Below, piece after piece: positions 25,821 through 64,000 of a DNA stretch of 64,000 nucleotides. A program made the position numbers and the translations under genes. A model generated the notes under the pieces. It saw nothing but the letters and a program-made list of their open reading frames with translations. It was not told the origin of the DNA and ran no database searches. The stretch comes from Flaccisagitta enflata (lineage: Eukaryota), in NCBI GenBank assembly GCA_965153355.1, contig OZ231126.1, positions 48,918,001-48,982,000 on the forward strand. The letters are read 5' to 3'. The stretch's first letter is position 1. The number at the start of each line of letters is the position of its first letter.

Positions 25821-26995
25821 CAAAAGGAAATAGAAATAGAAATAAATGCGCTATTTCCCACTTTCCCACTCGAGCATCATGGAGGGACGGACGAGAACTA
25901 ACGGATGAACAAAGCTTCTTATAGAGTCGCTAGTCCGCGACTAAAAAGAGTAACAGAGCTGTGTAAAATAATTCTTTATTTTCCTCGTCCCTAATTTCAG
26001 CTTGTTTTCTCCGAGATTTGTTTCTTTGAGTCAAGTTATGTAAATAAACCACTTTTACAAAGTAATGAAAACATAAATTTTAGCCAAACGTAGACATTTT
26101 CAGAATTAACAACGCAACTCAAGAGGCAGGTTCAGAGCTCTACTCTCGGCGTCGACCCAATAGGTCGGTGCGTCTATCCATAAGACCGTAACTGTGAGTT
26201 CGCCTCACGACCAGTATGTCCGAAATTCAGTCGGTCCGAATTTCAGTCCGTCCTTTTCCCTTCGCACTGTCAAGTAAGGACGCGAATTTATCGACTTTAC
26301 GTGGAAGAATGATACGCCCTGATCATGTCAAATAAGGTCATGTAGCCGAAAATACACGCCTGTTTGATCGTCGTACGAATGCATGAAGCACCGACAGAAA
26401 GACAGACCGACAGGCATGACCATAGAAGTGCCTTGGCGCACGTAACATACAAGTGAACTTCCGCTTAACACAAACAGTTAAATGACAAGTTCAAAAGTAA
26501 GTCGCGGCTTATCCGATGTACGATGTTGAGTATATGGTGATTTTGATAAACATTTGGCCTTGTCATATTTAAATGAGTGTGCGTTGCAACTGAATGTTCT
26601 TAGTCGCGTGCGCCAGACTCTGTAAGTGTCACCCTTTATGTCTGTCCGTCGGTCGGTTAGTCGGTCAGTCAAGTTATTTTGCCGGTCATATTGTGTTAAA
26701 TGCTTTGATGAGTAAAGATTGTTCATAACATAAATGTTAAAGAGAGTTAAAAAAAAATTTAGAAATTGTTAAAATTGAAAGAGGGATTAAGGTGTTTAAA
26801 AAGGGTTTTAAAAGGGTTGAAAACGTATTCACAAGATCATTCTTCATCAAATTGATCGTCGTCCAGGCCGCTGCCTTTAAAGGGAAAGAACGCTGTTGGT
26901 CGGGGGGTAAGAAAGTAAAAGAGTAGGAAAACAACCAGGAGAACAGGAATGTGCAGTTTCTCAATAATCAACGAATTCTTTGAGCAATCGAGTAC

Positions 26996-27044
<49 letters not shown>

Positions 27045-27221
27045 TCTCTCATTTCCCTAGGTTGCGGGATGAATGAACAAATAAACACGACGGAACACAC
27101 AAAAACTTTTTGAACGCAAAGAAAGGATCTTTAACTAATATAAAGAGATTTAAAAGAAACCTTTGAAACCTCTTCTTTATTCTTCCATTTTCGGGAGAAA
27201 ACACAGGGGAGAGAGAGAGAT

Positions 27222-27313
<92 letters not shown>

Positions 27314-28032
27314 AACGAAAGGCCAGAGAAGAACAGACAGACAAATGTGCTGACGAACCGGCAAACCCTCAAACAAACAAACAAACAGACAAACACACTG
27401 AAATTGTAAATGACAAACTGACCGATAGAAACAAGAGGAAAAAACCAAAGCTGAGGGTAAAAGAAGGGTAGAAGAAATTAGAAAGAAAGGACGAAATCAG
27501 GAAAGAAAGAGAGAAAATAGAGAAAAAAAAACAGACAAAAATGATGAGAACGAAAGAAAAAACATTATAGAAAAGAAAGAATAAAGAAAGATTGAGAAAA
27601 AAAGCCAGGACGAGTGAGATACTTAAAAAAGATGACGAAAACGGGAAAAAAGAAAAACAGAAAGAATGGGAAAAGAAAAAAACCTGAAGATAAGAAAATT
27701 TGATTAAATGAGAAAACTGAAAAAGAGAAGAAGCGACCTTTAGAACCAGTGAGAGATCGTCAGAGAGTAGTAGTTGCTGTCCCTTTCAAGCGAAGACAAT
27801 CTCTTTATGAAGATATCTCTCACATCGAAAAAAAAATACTAGAAAAAAAGCAACATCTTGACCAATGATTCCAAACTTAGTCTAGTCTCCCAGTATTCCT
27901 ATAAGCGGTCTGTGTCTGTCTTTCTGCTTAACAGCCTGATGAAAGTTTCTCCTATTCAATCTCTGTCTTTCCGAATCTCTGTCTCTTTCTTTTAGTCTCT
28001 TTCTGACTCTGGTGTCCCGTTACTGTCTAGCT

Positions 28033-28119
<87 letters not shown>

Positions 28120-28121
<2 letters not shown>

Positions 28122-28520
28122 GTGATCACAGCTGCTGTGGGTTCTTCGAAACAATATTGCCGACCGCTACCGCTTCTGATCGGCGTCGTTTCCGACCGAT
28201 GCCGCTACCGCTTCTGATCGGCGTCATTTCCGACCGATGCCGCTACCGGTCGGCGTCATTTCCGACCGATGCCGTTTCCGGTCGGCTTTGCGGGTCGGCA
28301 AAGTTTTCGGTCGGCGTTTGTTTTCGGCCGCCGCGATTCCCCTTTTCCATTGCATCGTCGTCACTCGCATTGCAAGGCTAACGTCACTGCCGGTTTCTTT
28401 TTTTTTCACCCTATTGTCTCCAGATTTTCGTACCGGCAACAAAATATTTTCTTATTCCACCTTTACCATTCGGTTTTTATCGGCGACTTTTCTTTCTTTC
28501 TTTTCGACATCTTGCGTATG
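28120..28520 (+). other. Probable non-coding first exon / GC-rich leader of ced-6
   Basis: CpG-rich island-like stretch ending in the donor ATG|GTAAGG at 28520/28521; the first coding exon has an acceptor upstream of its ATG, so an upstream exon is required. The start coordinate is approximate. Confidence 0.45.
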
Positions 28521-30064
28521 GTAAGGCCTCGGAGGCTATGAATACTTTAATGGCTGGGGGACAAAGCTGAAGGGTTTTGCGTTTTACAATTTTCAAGTTT
28601 TGTTTGTGTTATTCATTATCACATTATGTGTGATGTTTTATTTCAATAAACAAGTCGCGCGCGGAGGGCGGGGTCAGGGGCAGTGAGGCAAAACCGTATT
28701 GGTAATTAAGCAGGGGCTGTGATACAAAAAACTGCTCACAGTCCCCAAAAAAAAGAGAGAAAAAGCAAAGTGTTGCAAACTGACATGACAAACCGAACGA
28801 CCGATCGTCTGACTGACATATATATCGAGTTATAGAACCGCAAGCACACGATTGATTTCGCGTGCAAATGGTCTGGGGCTGCGTTAAACAGAACTTGTTT
28901 TAGTTACCGGGCAGGGGTAGTCATCCAAATAAATATTCGTGTAGGCTTGAAAAAATAAAACAGTGACCAATCAATTGACTGCACGACTTCTTTCAGTCGC
29001 ATAACTCGCACCGTCGCAGGCATGCGTTGTCTTGGCCAAGAAATTTACATAAACATGCTCGAAACAGGAAGAAATTAGTCAAATAAGGTTTTAAAATCAG
29101 ATTAAAACAAATTCATTGAACTTAAGGAGAAGCGAGCGAATGCACGATTTTTCTTCTTTGCTTAACAAGGCCAAGAATAGTAAACTCATGCGTACCGATG
29201 CCCTGCTTGCACTGATCATCTAAAGAAGTGGAGCGGGAGTTGGGCAGCGGCGCCAAAAGGCCGAAGTCCTGGAATGAATTTCCAAATGTCCTAAAAAAGT
29301 TGAGTGAATTTCCAAACGTTCATTTGAGACCTTAGAGAGGTGACATACTGGCTTTAATGGCTTAAGGGGTTTTCGCATTGGGAAAGTTATCGTGACATTT
29401 CTTAGGGAATATCTTGATGATGGGCCTGAGAAGCCTTAGAGGACTATTTGTTATAGAAGAGGCGGATTCCAAGTCTGAGGGATAAAATTTCTGGCCTGAG
29501 AGGGCTTATTTCAGGCATGGGAAGGACGATTAATTGCCTGAGATGGGGGGCAAGGGCGACTGATGGAAAAAGTCTATTCATGAATCGCGAGTCCGCGACT
29601 GAAAAACACCAATTTCTACTTTACCGGGTGTTCGAAAAAAAAAATATTGGTAGTTTAGAATAAACAATGAAGTATCAATAAATTTTGTTTGTTTTGATTT
29701 GATCTAAAACTGTAATACAATAAGTCATTAAAAAGTATTTCTTGTAGTTCTTTCAAACAATAGCTTGGACGAAAGACCAACTTTCCAGAACAGTGCCGAC
29801 ACTGTCTAGTTAAACTAAACGTTGATAGATTTCTCAAAAAAAAAACAAACAAACTAAACATTAATGAATTTTTAGCTTATGGATACATTCATTTTAAGAC
29901 AGCCATTCTTTACAATTTCTGAAACCGTGTAACGCGACCCGGTATTGTTTTTAATCAGCTCAATGCCATTCTTCGTAAAATGAGTTTGAACAAGGCTTCG
30001 TGTTTTTGTAAAGCCTGATAAGATCGGCAGAAGAAGATTAAAAAATTACAATCGACAAAGATTC

Positions 30065-30207
30065 AACAAGGCCGGATACACGGCCAATACCAGTTGCGGA
30101 CGGGTGGGCAGGGGCGGAAATTCGGGTTTTCACACTTTCCAACTCGCTCACCACGGACGGACGGACGGACAAAGCCTCTTATAGAGTTGCGTGTCCGCAA
30201 CTAAAAA
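30065..30207 (-). mobile_element. HINE-like element
   Basis: Reverse-strand AGTTGCGGACACGCAACT head, GTCC repeats, GGCCGTGTATCCGGCCTTGTT tail. Confidence 0.8.
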
Positions 30208-30802
30208 TTCTCAAAAGGGGGAGCTGGAAGATTAGATAGGTGATCTTTCTTTCCCGTCGGACAATGCACTGAGACCTGATTGATGATTTCCCGCTGTGTC
30301 ATGGACGGGGGCGGTCATGGAGAGGGGCGGTGCTGCGGTGACCAAGGGAAGAGGCGGCGTTGATACAAACTGCTATGACGTCAACATCTGTTTGAAACAT
30401 GCACTCTCTAACTACAAGTTGAAATGAAACTCGTTGGCTTTCTCCACACAGCCACGCCATTCTTTCTGCCTACAATCAACAAAATTGATTTTCTTCCTTA
30501 ATCTTCGTCTTTGCTCGCACAAATTCAATTTCTTTTTTTTTCGCCAAATTTGGAGAAGGAAATAGAGAGAAAAAACTTCTCTTTATTATTTGCTCTTCTT
30601 TTTCTACTTTCTGATTCCTCTTTGTAGATTCAAGTGTTAAGCCGAATATCGTTAAATGTGGGCATTTTTAGAATTGGTCGACAACCGACAAACCGACAAA
30701 CCGACCAACAGACTGGATGACATTGAAAACGCTCGAACTCTTAAAACCCTCTAGCATTTTATTTCATTGGATCCGAAATCAGAATTCGTGCGATCCAATC
30801 AC

Positions 30803-31017
30803 TTTTTAGTCGCGTGCTACGCGACTCTACACCCCGCTTTGTCGGTCCGTCCGTCGGTCCGTCGGTCTATCCGTCCATCCGTCGGTCCGTCACACTTTAT
30901 TTTTCGGCGTTAATGGGGGTTTTGGCCTTATTGCTTCTGCCCAAATGTTCCACTGACCTCAATTATGGCCCCTCCCCACCCGCACGCGACTGGGGTAGCC
31001 GTGTATCCGGCCTTGTT
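30803..31017 (+). mobile_element. HINE-like element family A (short)
   Basis: TTTTTAGTCGCGTGCTACGCGACT ... GCACGCGACT ... GCCGTGTATCCGGCCTTGTT. Confidence 0.82.
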
Positions 31018-31232
31018 AATGAGTCATTCGCATTAAATTCTAAATTTGGGATTTGCCAAACTGGCCGTGGCTCGAGTGGCCGGAAAATTTATTACTGGCT
31101 TACTCTTAGTTACCGTCTCATTTGATTCAACAAAGTAATCAAATCAGGAAAAACATTGAATTTATCGCCAAAAATTCGTTTGCAGCGTGAACGTTTTCTA
31201 AAAAGAACAAACAATAAGCATTGAACTACGTC

Positions 31233-39438
<8,206 letters not shown>

Positions 39439-40253
39439 CGCAGTATAACTGTATATTTGAGCAAAAACAATGAATACAATCAAAGAGAAAATGAATTTTA
39501 TCAACGGAAAAAATGACGATTCAATTTGATGTCATAATTGAAGATATGTTCCAATTGTTCCATTTATTTACCTTTCAGTCATTAATTTGAGCAACCAAAT
39601 CATTTCCCCCTCCCCCTCTCTCAAAATCGATGGTATACTGAACGCTTATGAACTTATATCGACAACTTAATCTTTTTCTGTGGTGGTCGTCAATTGGTCG
39701 AGGATGTTGATATCTTGTACGCGGCAGTGTTGAGTGAGACAATGATACTTACCTTCTTCTTCTGCCTCCCTATATTGCAAAACAAAATTGCCCTCCAACA
39801 GTTAAAGATGGTTTGTAATAAAAATATTCCCGAGTAAAAAACTTGCTGCACAATCTATTGAATAAATGGCAGTCTAGTAAAACTTAGTTAAGCGTTTTTT
39901 AGGACTTTTTCTGTCTTTCTTTGTTTCGGACGAGCAATTTTATCAGCTAATAGAGATGTCCGTTCATCGGTTTGCATTGATAAATCATGATTATCCATAA
40001 ATATTTTCATACATGCCCACTCCCTGCTTCATTGAATCCGTCCTTGATTCATATATTGACAAAAACTATGATTGACGTTCTGTCGAAATCTCGTTTGTGT
40101 CTCAATTATGCCCCATAAAAAGTTAGATTCTCGAAATGGCAATTGATGAATCAAAAGAGAGCATTGCACCGCCGCGCGCGTCCGATAAACACAGAATCTG
40201 CCTTATAAAATACTCTATTTGTTAATCGAGAAACTTTCAGTCCTTGCCTTATA

Positions 40254-41954
40254 ACCTTGGGGAAATAAAAAATGGCGGAATTTTGAAAACTAATTCTATC
40301 TACCTTAAATTGAGAAAAACTAATTAAAATCGGTGATGTTTAGAAAGCTCGTCGAAAGATTTTTCATTTGGGTTGTGTCTGGGCACTCTGGCTCAAACCG
40401 TTTTAAAAGTTAAAGCTATTTGAATGAGACTACCCCTTTTGGGCAGCGGCCCCGAAGGGGACGAAGTCCTGTAGAACACAGGGGGACTTTCGTTCGTCCG
40501 TTCGTTCGTTAGTTCGTTCGTTCGTCCGTCCGTCCGTTCGTCCCCCCCCTCTCAGGCCAAAAATCAGCCCTCTCAAGCCTGAAATCAGACCTCTCAAGCC
40601 TGAAATCAGCCCTCTCAAGCCTGAAATCAGCCCTCTCAAGCCTGAAATCAGCCCTCTCAGGCCTCAAATCAGCCTTCTCCAGCCTCAAATCAGCCTTCTC
40701 AAGCCTCTAAGTTGCCTTCTAGAGCCTTTCAATCAGCCCCCTGACCCCTCTCAGATCTAAGAAACCCCTACTTCTACAGGACTTTGTCGCCTTTGGGGCC
40801 CCTCCAAGCTCTTTCAGACTCATAATTTACCTTCTCAAGCCCTCTCAAACCTTGAATTGGCTCTCAAAGCTCTGTCAGACCTAATTGTAGCCCTCTAAAG
40901 CCTGAAATGAGACCTCTCAAGCCTGAAATCAGCCCTCTCAAGCCTGAAATAAGCCCTCTCAGACCTCAAATCAGCCTTTTGGGCAGCGGCCCCGAAGGGG
41001 ACGAAGTCCTGTAGAACACAGGGGGACTTTCGTTCGTCCGTTCATTTGTTTGTTTGTTCGTTCGTCCCCCCCCTCATCAGGCCCCTCAGGCCTCAAATCT
41101 GGCTTCTGAGACCTCGAATCTGGCCTCTCAGGCCTCAAATCCAGCCTCTCAGACCTCAAATCCAGCCTCTCAGGCCTCAAATCCAGCCTCCCAGGCCTCA
41201 AATCCAGCCTCCCAGGCCTCAAACCTGGCCTCTCAGGCCTCAAATTAGGCTTCTCCTGCCTCAAACCTAGCCTCTCAGGCCTCAAGTTAGGCGTCTCAGG
41301 CCTCAAATCAGCTATCTAAGCCTTAATTTATTGCTCTCAGGCTTCAAATCAGCCCTCCATAGCATTTTATCCACTTCTTCAGCAAGGACGAACGAAAGTC
41401 CCCCTGTGATCTACAGGACTTCGTCCCCTTCGGGGCCGCTGCCCTGCTTCCCATTATTCCAATTCACAATCACTCAAAGCAGGGCAACGGGTATCGCTGA
41501 CCACATATTGCCCTTGGGCGACCTGTTCTGCTCTGACCTCATGTCAAGAATGATTGCTCAAAAACAAATATCCAAAAACCATAGTAAAACTTCTCAGATT
41601 TTGATAAAATTTGACCTGAAAGCAATACTCCATCTAACAGCAAAATTATCCAAATCAGACAGTTTTTTCTATCCTTTTTATCATGAGAAAGATTTTGAAA
41701 TTTTCAAGAAAAAACCGAGGTAATTCGTAATGCATTTTTTTCCAATTCCTTTTCATTGAGATACGGGCAGACCAGATAATGAGTAGTCTTATTCAAATCA
41801 CTGTATCTTCCAAACCATTTGAGCTAGAAATTCCAGACACGACTCAAATGAAAGATTTTTGATCTTTCAAAGAGCTTTCCAGGCATCACCAATTTTAACC
41901 TATTTTTCTGAAGAAAGGTTTCAAAAATCCGCCATTTTTCTATTTCCCCAAGGT
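40254..41954. mobile_element. Long-TIR foldback element hosting HINE family D copies
   Basis: ACCTTGGGGAAATA..AAAATGGCGGA / TCCGCCATTTTT..TATTTCCCCAAGGT, imperfect arms of about 160 bp, TA flanks. Confidence 0.72.
40437..41527 (+). mobile_element. HINE-like family D with 21/22-bp minisatellite (two heads, 40437 and 40977)
   Basis: TTTTGGGCAGCGGCCCCGAAGGGGACGAAGTCCTGTAG head, inverted copy at about 41386-41444, (CTCAAGCCTGAAATCAGCCCT)n interior; relatives at about 3840-4262(-), 38520-38950, 44108-44520 and 51457-52030. Confidence 0.75.
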
Positions 41955-43415
41955 TAGTTTTATTGCCATTTCGTTTTTGTAGTTTTTATGCGCTTAACTC
42001 CATCAAGTGAAAGAGTGTTTGACTCAGTTTAGGTGCTGTCTCAATCCCCTCCTCTGTTACAAATTCGCAAGCTCTTTAACTTAGCCGAGTCCAAAGGATG
42101 AACGAGCGATACAGATGAAATTAAATCCACTCCAACATTACTCACATAACCCACCATTTTTCCTAAAAAAAATTTCGGAAGCTTTTTAGTTTCTCAAAGG
42201 TTTCTTTTTCTTTTATCAGAAAAGATTAAAGTAATGGAATTAGAATTCAATCCCTGTCCTTGCCAAATACACCACTGTCTGACAGTTGATCCGGGTTAAG
42301 AACGACATTACTCTGGTTTTTTTAGCAGTTATGCCATTTTCATATGTGTACAATACAAGAACAATCGAAAGGGAAATCTTTCCAGGAGCGCTTTTTGAGT
42401 AATTCTCAAAATCGGAAAAAATTAGACCTATTTTCAATGCAGATTCTACTGGGGTGTGTTGACTCAATTTTTGATTCCATATTGTTAATCTAGGCAAAAT
42501 TCCCTTTCATTTGATAGAGCAAAGAATTTTCATTTTCATTTTTTGAGTCACCATTACAAAAAAGTAACCATAGCTCAAAACATGAAAACTTTCTTTCTGT
42601 AATAAACCATATAGTGTGACCTATCAAATGAAAAGAAATTTTGTATGACAGGGTGTGCAAAAAAATTCGCACTCGGTGTAATGCATAAAAACCTTACTTC
42701 TTATTGGAGTTATGAAATAAAATTTGAACCAGAGTATCCCAATTAGTCATACTAAAAGTAGAAGTCAAGAACAGCTGATAAAATTTCCATACATGGCCAA
42801 GATATACTTTTAAAAACAAACTGAAAATAACATATTTTATTGACAGAGCTGTGTTTTCTAAAAAAGAAAATTATAGCTACCTCAGTAGCCCCTAGATGGA
42901 TTGTTTTGGAAGAAATGCATCAAGGGGAGATAGTTAGGTCAAGCAGGAAGGGTTTCAGTCGACAAAAAATGATACATCAACTGAAATTAGACAAGATATA
43001 GGACCGAATACACGGCTACCTAATTCACGTGCTGGCGGACAGGGGCAGTGATGAAATACGCTAACCCTTTATTTGGGCAAGGGCAGTACTGCAAAAACCG
43101 CCCGTAAACGCCAGAAATGGAAAAAATTAATATTTGATGGATGGATGAATGGACGGACACATGGACGGACGGACGGATGGACAAAGCGGGTTGTAGAGTA
43201 AATACAGTCAGACCCCGCAATAACAGCCCCGCTTTTAAAGGTTCCCCATCAATAAAGGCCAACATTTTAAGGTTCAAAATGACAGTTTCTAATGTGATTT
43301 CACCTCTCTTTAAAGGTGACCCTGAGATAAAGGTGAAAAAGCTTCAGTCCCAATGGGACCGATGAGGCGGGGTCCTACTGTATAGCAAATGCGGTAATTG
43401 CATGAGAGTATTATA

Positions 43416-47412
<3,997 letters not shown>

Positions 47413-48725
47413 TACTGCATTGCTGCAAACGAAAGCGAAAATCTGAGGAAAAACTTTAAAGTTTTTTTTGTTCATTTTGTAAGCAATGAAGAAACAAGGA
47501 GTTGAAGGTCGCGCAAGGTCTCAATCTTTCACGAATAGCAACTTAAGTATTTTTGCCAACTTACATAAAGATATATGACGGCAAGTCCCCCCAAAAAACA
47601 GCAAACGCTTCAGCCTACTTTAAGTTCAATACGGCATCATAAATCCCCTCATTGATGTTTTCTTTGGTCAAGTAGTCACTGTCTGCACTTAATGAGCTAA
47701 TATACACCTCAACATAGCCTCTGAAGGGTGATTTGATAGACAATATATATGAAAGAAGCAGCAAAATAGTGGCATTTTTGTGAAAAACCGTCGACAATTT
47801 TTCCCATGACTCTTCATATCATAACATTTTTCTGACAATCAATACAATTTTGTTGCTACCCGAGCTGTTTATATTCTCCATCAGGGTTCCTAACAAGATG
47901 TCAGAGCGATGCAGGGGCCGGATTTTCATTATTATAATCAGGGGAGAGGTCAAAAGCTATGTACCTTGGGTGACAAAGATAATTAACATAATGATGAAAA
48001 AAATCAGAAAAAAATAGTATTTTGTGTTTAGAAATCATAGAAAACTGTTACTGAAGCATTGAAGCATCTTAACAGTGATCATTGATAGTGACATAGTAAA
48101 AAAATTCACTCACAGGCAATTATACAACGGTGAAAGCTATCTTAATTGCGGAAAACTACTAAGAAAAAAAACTTAAAATCTAAGTTTTTCCTGTGGTCGA
48201 AATTATAAGACAGCCAAATGCGGGGATTTTTTGCATTTTCAAAAACGTAGTTCTCTTTGGAATCGAATTTGGAAGAGAACTATGTTTTACGTTTTTTCAT
48301 TTTTTTGTTTTCTATGCAAACTTATAATTTCGACCAGCACCCTATCAGTGGACAAAAAAGAAATTTGTAGAAATTTTTAGTATAACATCTTCAGAAATAT
48401 TAGCAAAATCTGAGTTTCTTGCTAAGGGGATGCAAATTTCACTTTCAAATATCATGTATGTCTAATCTCGATCACTTTTATTTATTTGTTTTTCTATTTC
48501 AACTTTCACATTTTTTCCATTTTGTCGAAAGTTGATACCCTTAATATTGGCTTCGTGGGCACGCTGTCATATGAAGGTTGGCAATGTGACCAGCCCTAAT
48601 GAATAGATGTTTCAGTCCTGGTCTCAAGAGCTTACCGTGTGGGTCCTTCGGTCAGTTATGAAGTTGTTTTACGAGGGTTTCCGCTCTTGCCCACCCATCC
48701 GCGACTGCGGGGGAGTGTATATCTA

Positions 48726-49304
48726 CTATCAAGGAAAAAAGTATATCTACACCTTCTACCATGGATATCTCCGCTTCAAGAAAAGCTACATAGATTTCTA
48801 AAAAAACAAAAAAACAAATTAAACCTCTTTGAAATGAGTCCAATCTGGTTGCTGTATCTTAAACCGTTTAGAAACTAGAAGCAAAAATGTAAAAACATTC
48901 ATTTTGAAAATAAAAAAAATATTACAGACAGCATGCAGAAATTAAAGACATCTTTGAATCAACATAACTCCGCGTCCAGAGCAGCTAGTATAATTCTTAA
49001 AAAAAAAGAAATTATTGGCATTGAAAACTCTAAAAGATGAACTCATCGTGGTTTCTGTGGTTTTGTTCATTTGGAAATATCAGATATAATGTTAAACTTA
49101 TTGCCCTTGAATGATAACACCATATCATCCATAATAAGGTATAATAGTTTTAAAGGTTGCTTCCAAAAATTTTCACAATAATTTTTAGTTAAAAAACAGG
49201 TTATTTGATGGACTAAAATCTTTTATACAATGATTAAATGAATATTAGATCAATAATAATTACTTATTATATCGCAGGTGTAGATATGTTTTTTTCCTAG
49301 GTAG
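48726..49304. mobile_element. TA-flanked TIR element related to 35489-36085
   Basis: CTATCAAGGAAAAAAGTATATCTACACC / GGTGTAGATATGTTTTTTTCCTAGGTAG; splits the 3' end of a HINE copy. Confidence 0.72.
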
Positions 49305-49381
49305 TACATGGTCTTGTTTATGAATGAAATAATGAATGTTATTAATTGATGAATGATAGCGAAATTGAATGAATGAATGAA

Positions 49382-49423
<42 letters not shown>

Positions 49424-49754
49424 TGTTTGTGTTTGTGTTTGTGTTTGTGTTTGTGCGTATGTGTAGGGGGGGGCTGGAGGCTGCCCGCCCCTGTCCACCT
49501 GTTCGCGTCGTTTTTGTAAACCCGCGTTACTTAATCTTATTCTTACAGACAAATCATGGGACAACGTATCTCCGCAAATATGAATGCTGCAGAACAATAC
49601 GAAGTTTTACTTTCAAATTGATCTGGTTTCACTGAAGATTCATCCGCGTAAAACAGGGAAAATATTCTTTGTTTTTGTAGAATTTCTTCAGTAAGCTGAA
49701 TCGATAAACATTTGGAACCCCCTCACCCGGCCCCACCTGAGAATCAGCCCAAAG

Positions 49755-63529
<13,775 letters not shown>

Positions 63530-63650
63530 AAGCACGATGGTATCTCATCAAAATCGGCGATTTTCGATAGTTCCTTCAATGATCTATCCACCCGAAGGGG
63601 GAAAGGTTGGGGCTTTCTGGCAGGGGTTTTAAAGGGGGATTTTGCAAATT

Positions 63651-64000
63651 ATTGAAGGAACTATTGAAGGAACTATTGAAGGAACTATTGAAGGAACTAT
63701 TGAAAGAACTATTGAAGGAACTATTGAAAGAACTATTGAAGGAACTATTGAAGGAACTATTGGTCAACCAAGTTCCCTCAATGTTTAATCCAGTACCCTC
63801 AATGTTTAACCCAGTTCCTTCAATGTTTAACCCAGTTCCTTCAATCTATAACCCAGTTCCTTCAATCTATAACCCAGTTCCTTCAATCTCAAACCCAGTT
63901 CCTTCAATCTCAAACCCAGTTCCTTCAATCTCAAACCCAGTTCCTTCAATCTCAAACCCAGTTCCTTCAATGTTTGACCCAGTTCCTTCAATGTTTGACC
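63651..64000. repeat. 12-bp (ATTGAAGGAACT)n array followed by a 21/22-bp (CCCAGTTCCTTCAAT...)n array
   Basis: Directly visible; runs off the window. Confidence 0.92.

Noticed and set aside
40971-41306. LRPERLD-repeat ORF resembling a leucine-rich or coiled-coil protein
   Set aside because: It is the translation of the 21-bp minisatellite inside a HINE family D element.

Overview
AT-rich, microsatellite-dense eukaryotic (animal) genomic DNA, probably an arthropod or other chitin-bearing invertebrate (inference). There are no prokaryotic operons, CRISPR arrays, rRNA or tRNA that I can support. Four protein genes are supported: (1) a small secreted peritrophin-A/ChtBD2 chitin-binding protein (-, 1361-1705); (2) a secreted Thr-rich mucin-like orphan (-, 14400-15476); (3) a complete 9-coding-exon ced-6/GULP1 PTB engulfment adaptor (+, 31233-39438, about 538 aa); (4) the first three coding exons of an RNF166-family RING/zinc-finger E3 ligase (+, from 49755, running off the window). 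Most of the rest is nested non-autonomous DNA transposons: Helentron/HINE-like elements (some carrying minisatellite arrays), Tc1/pogo-, hAT- and Harbinger-type MITEs, and foldback elements. A 2-kb tandem duplication supplies empty-site controls for three insertions. The most striking observation is a 4.9-kb non-coding element in RNF166 intron 1 (53221-58094). It has a 5-bp TSD and CACAGCG termini, and its conserved 9-mer lies 12 bp from the heptamer at one end and 23 bp at the other, a Transib/RAG-like, RSS-style 12/23 end architecture. Gene models and TE classes come from reading the sequence by eye; no searches were run.
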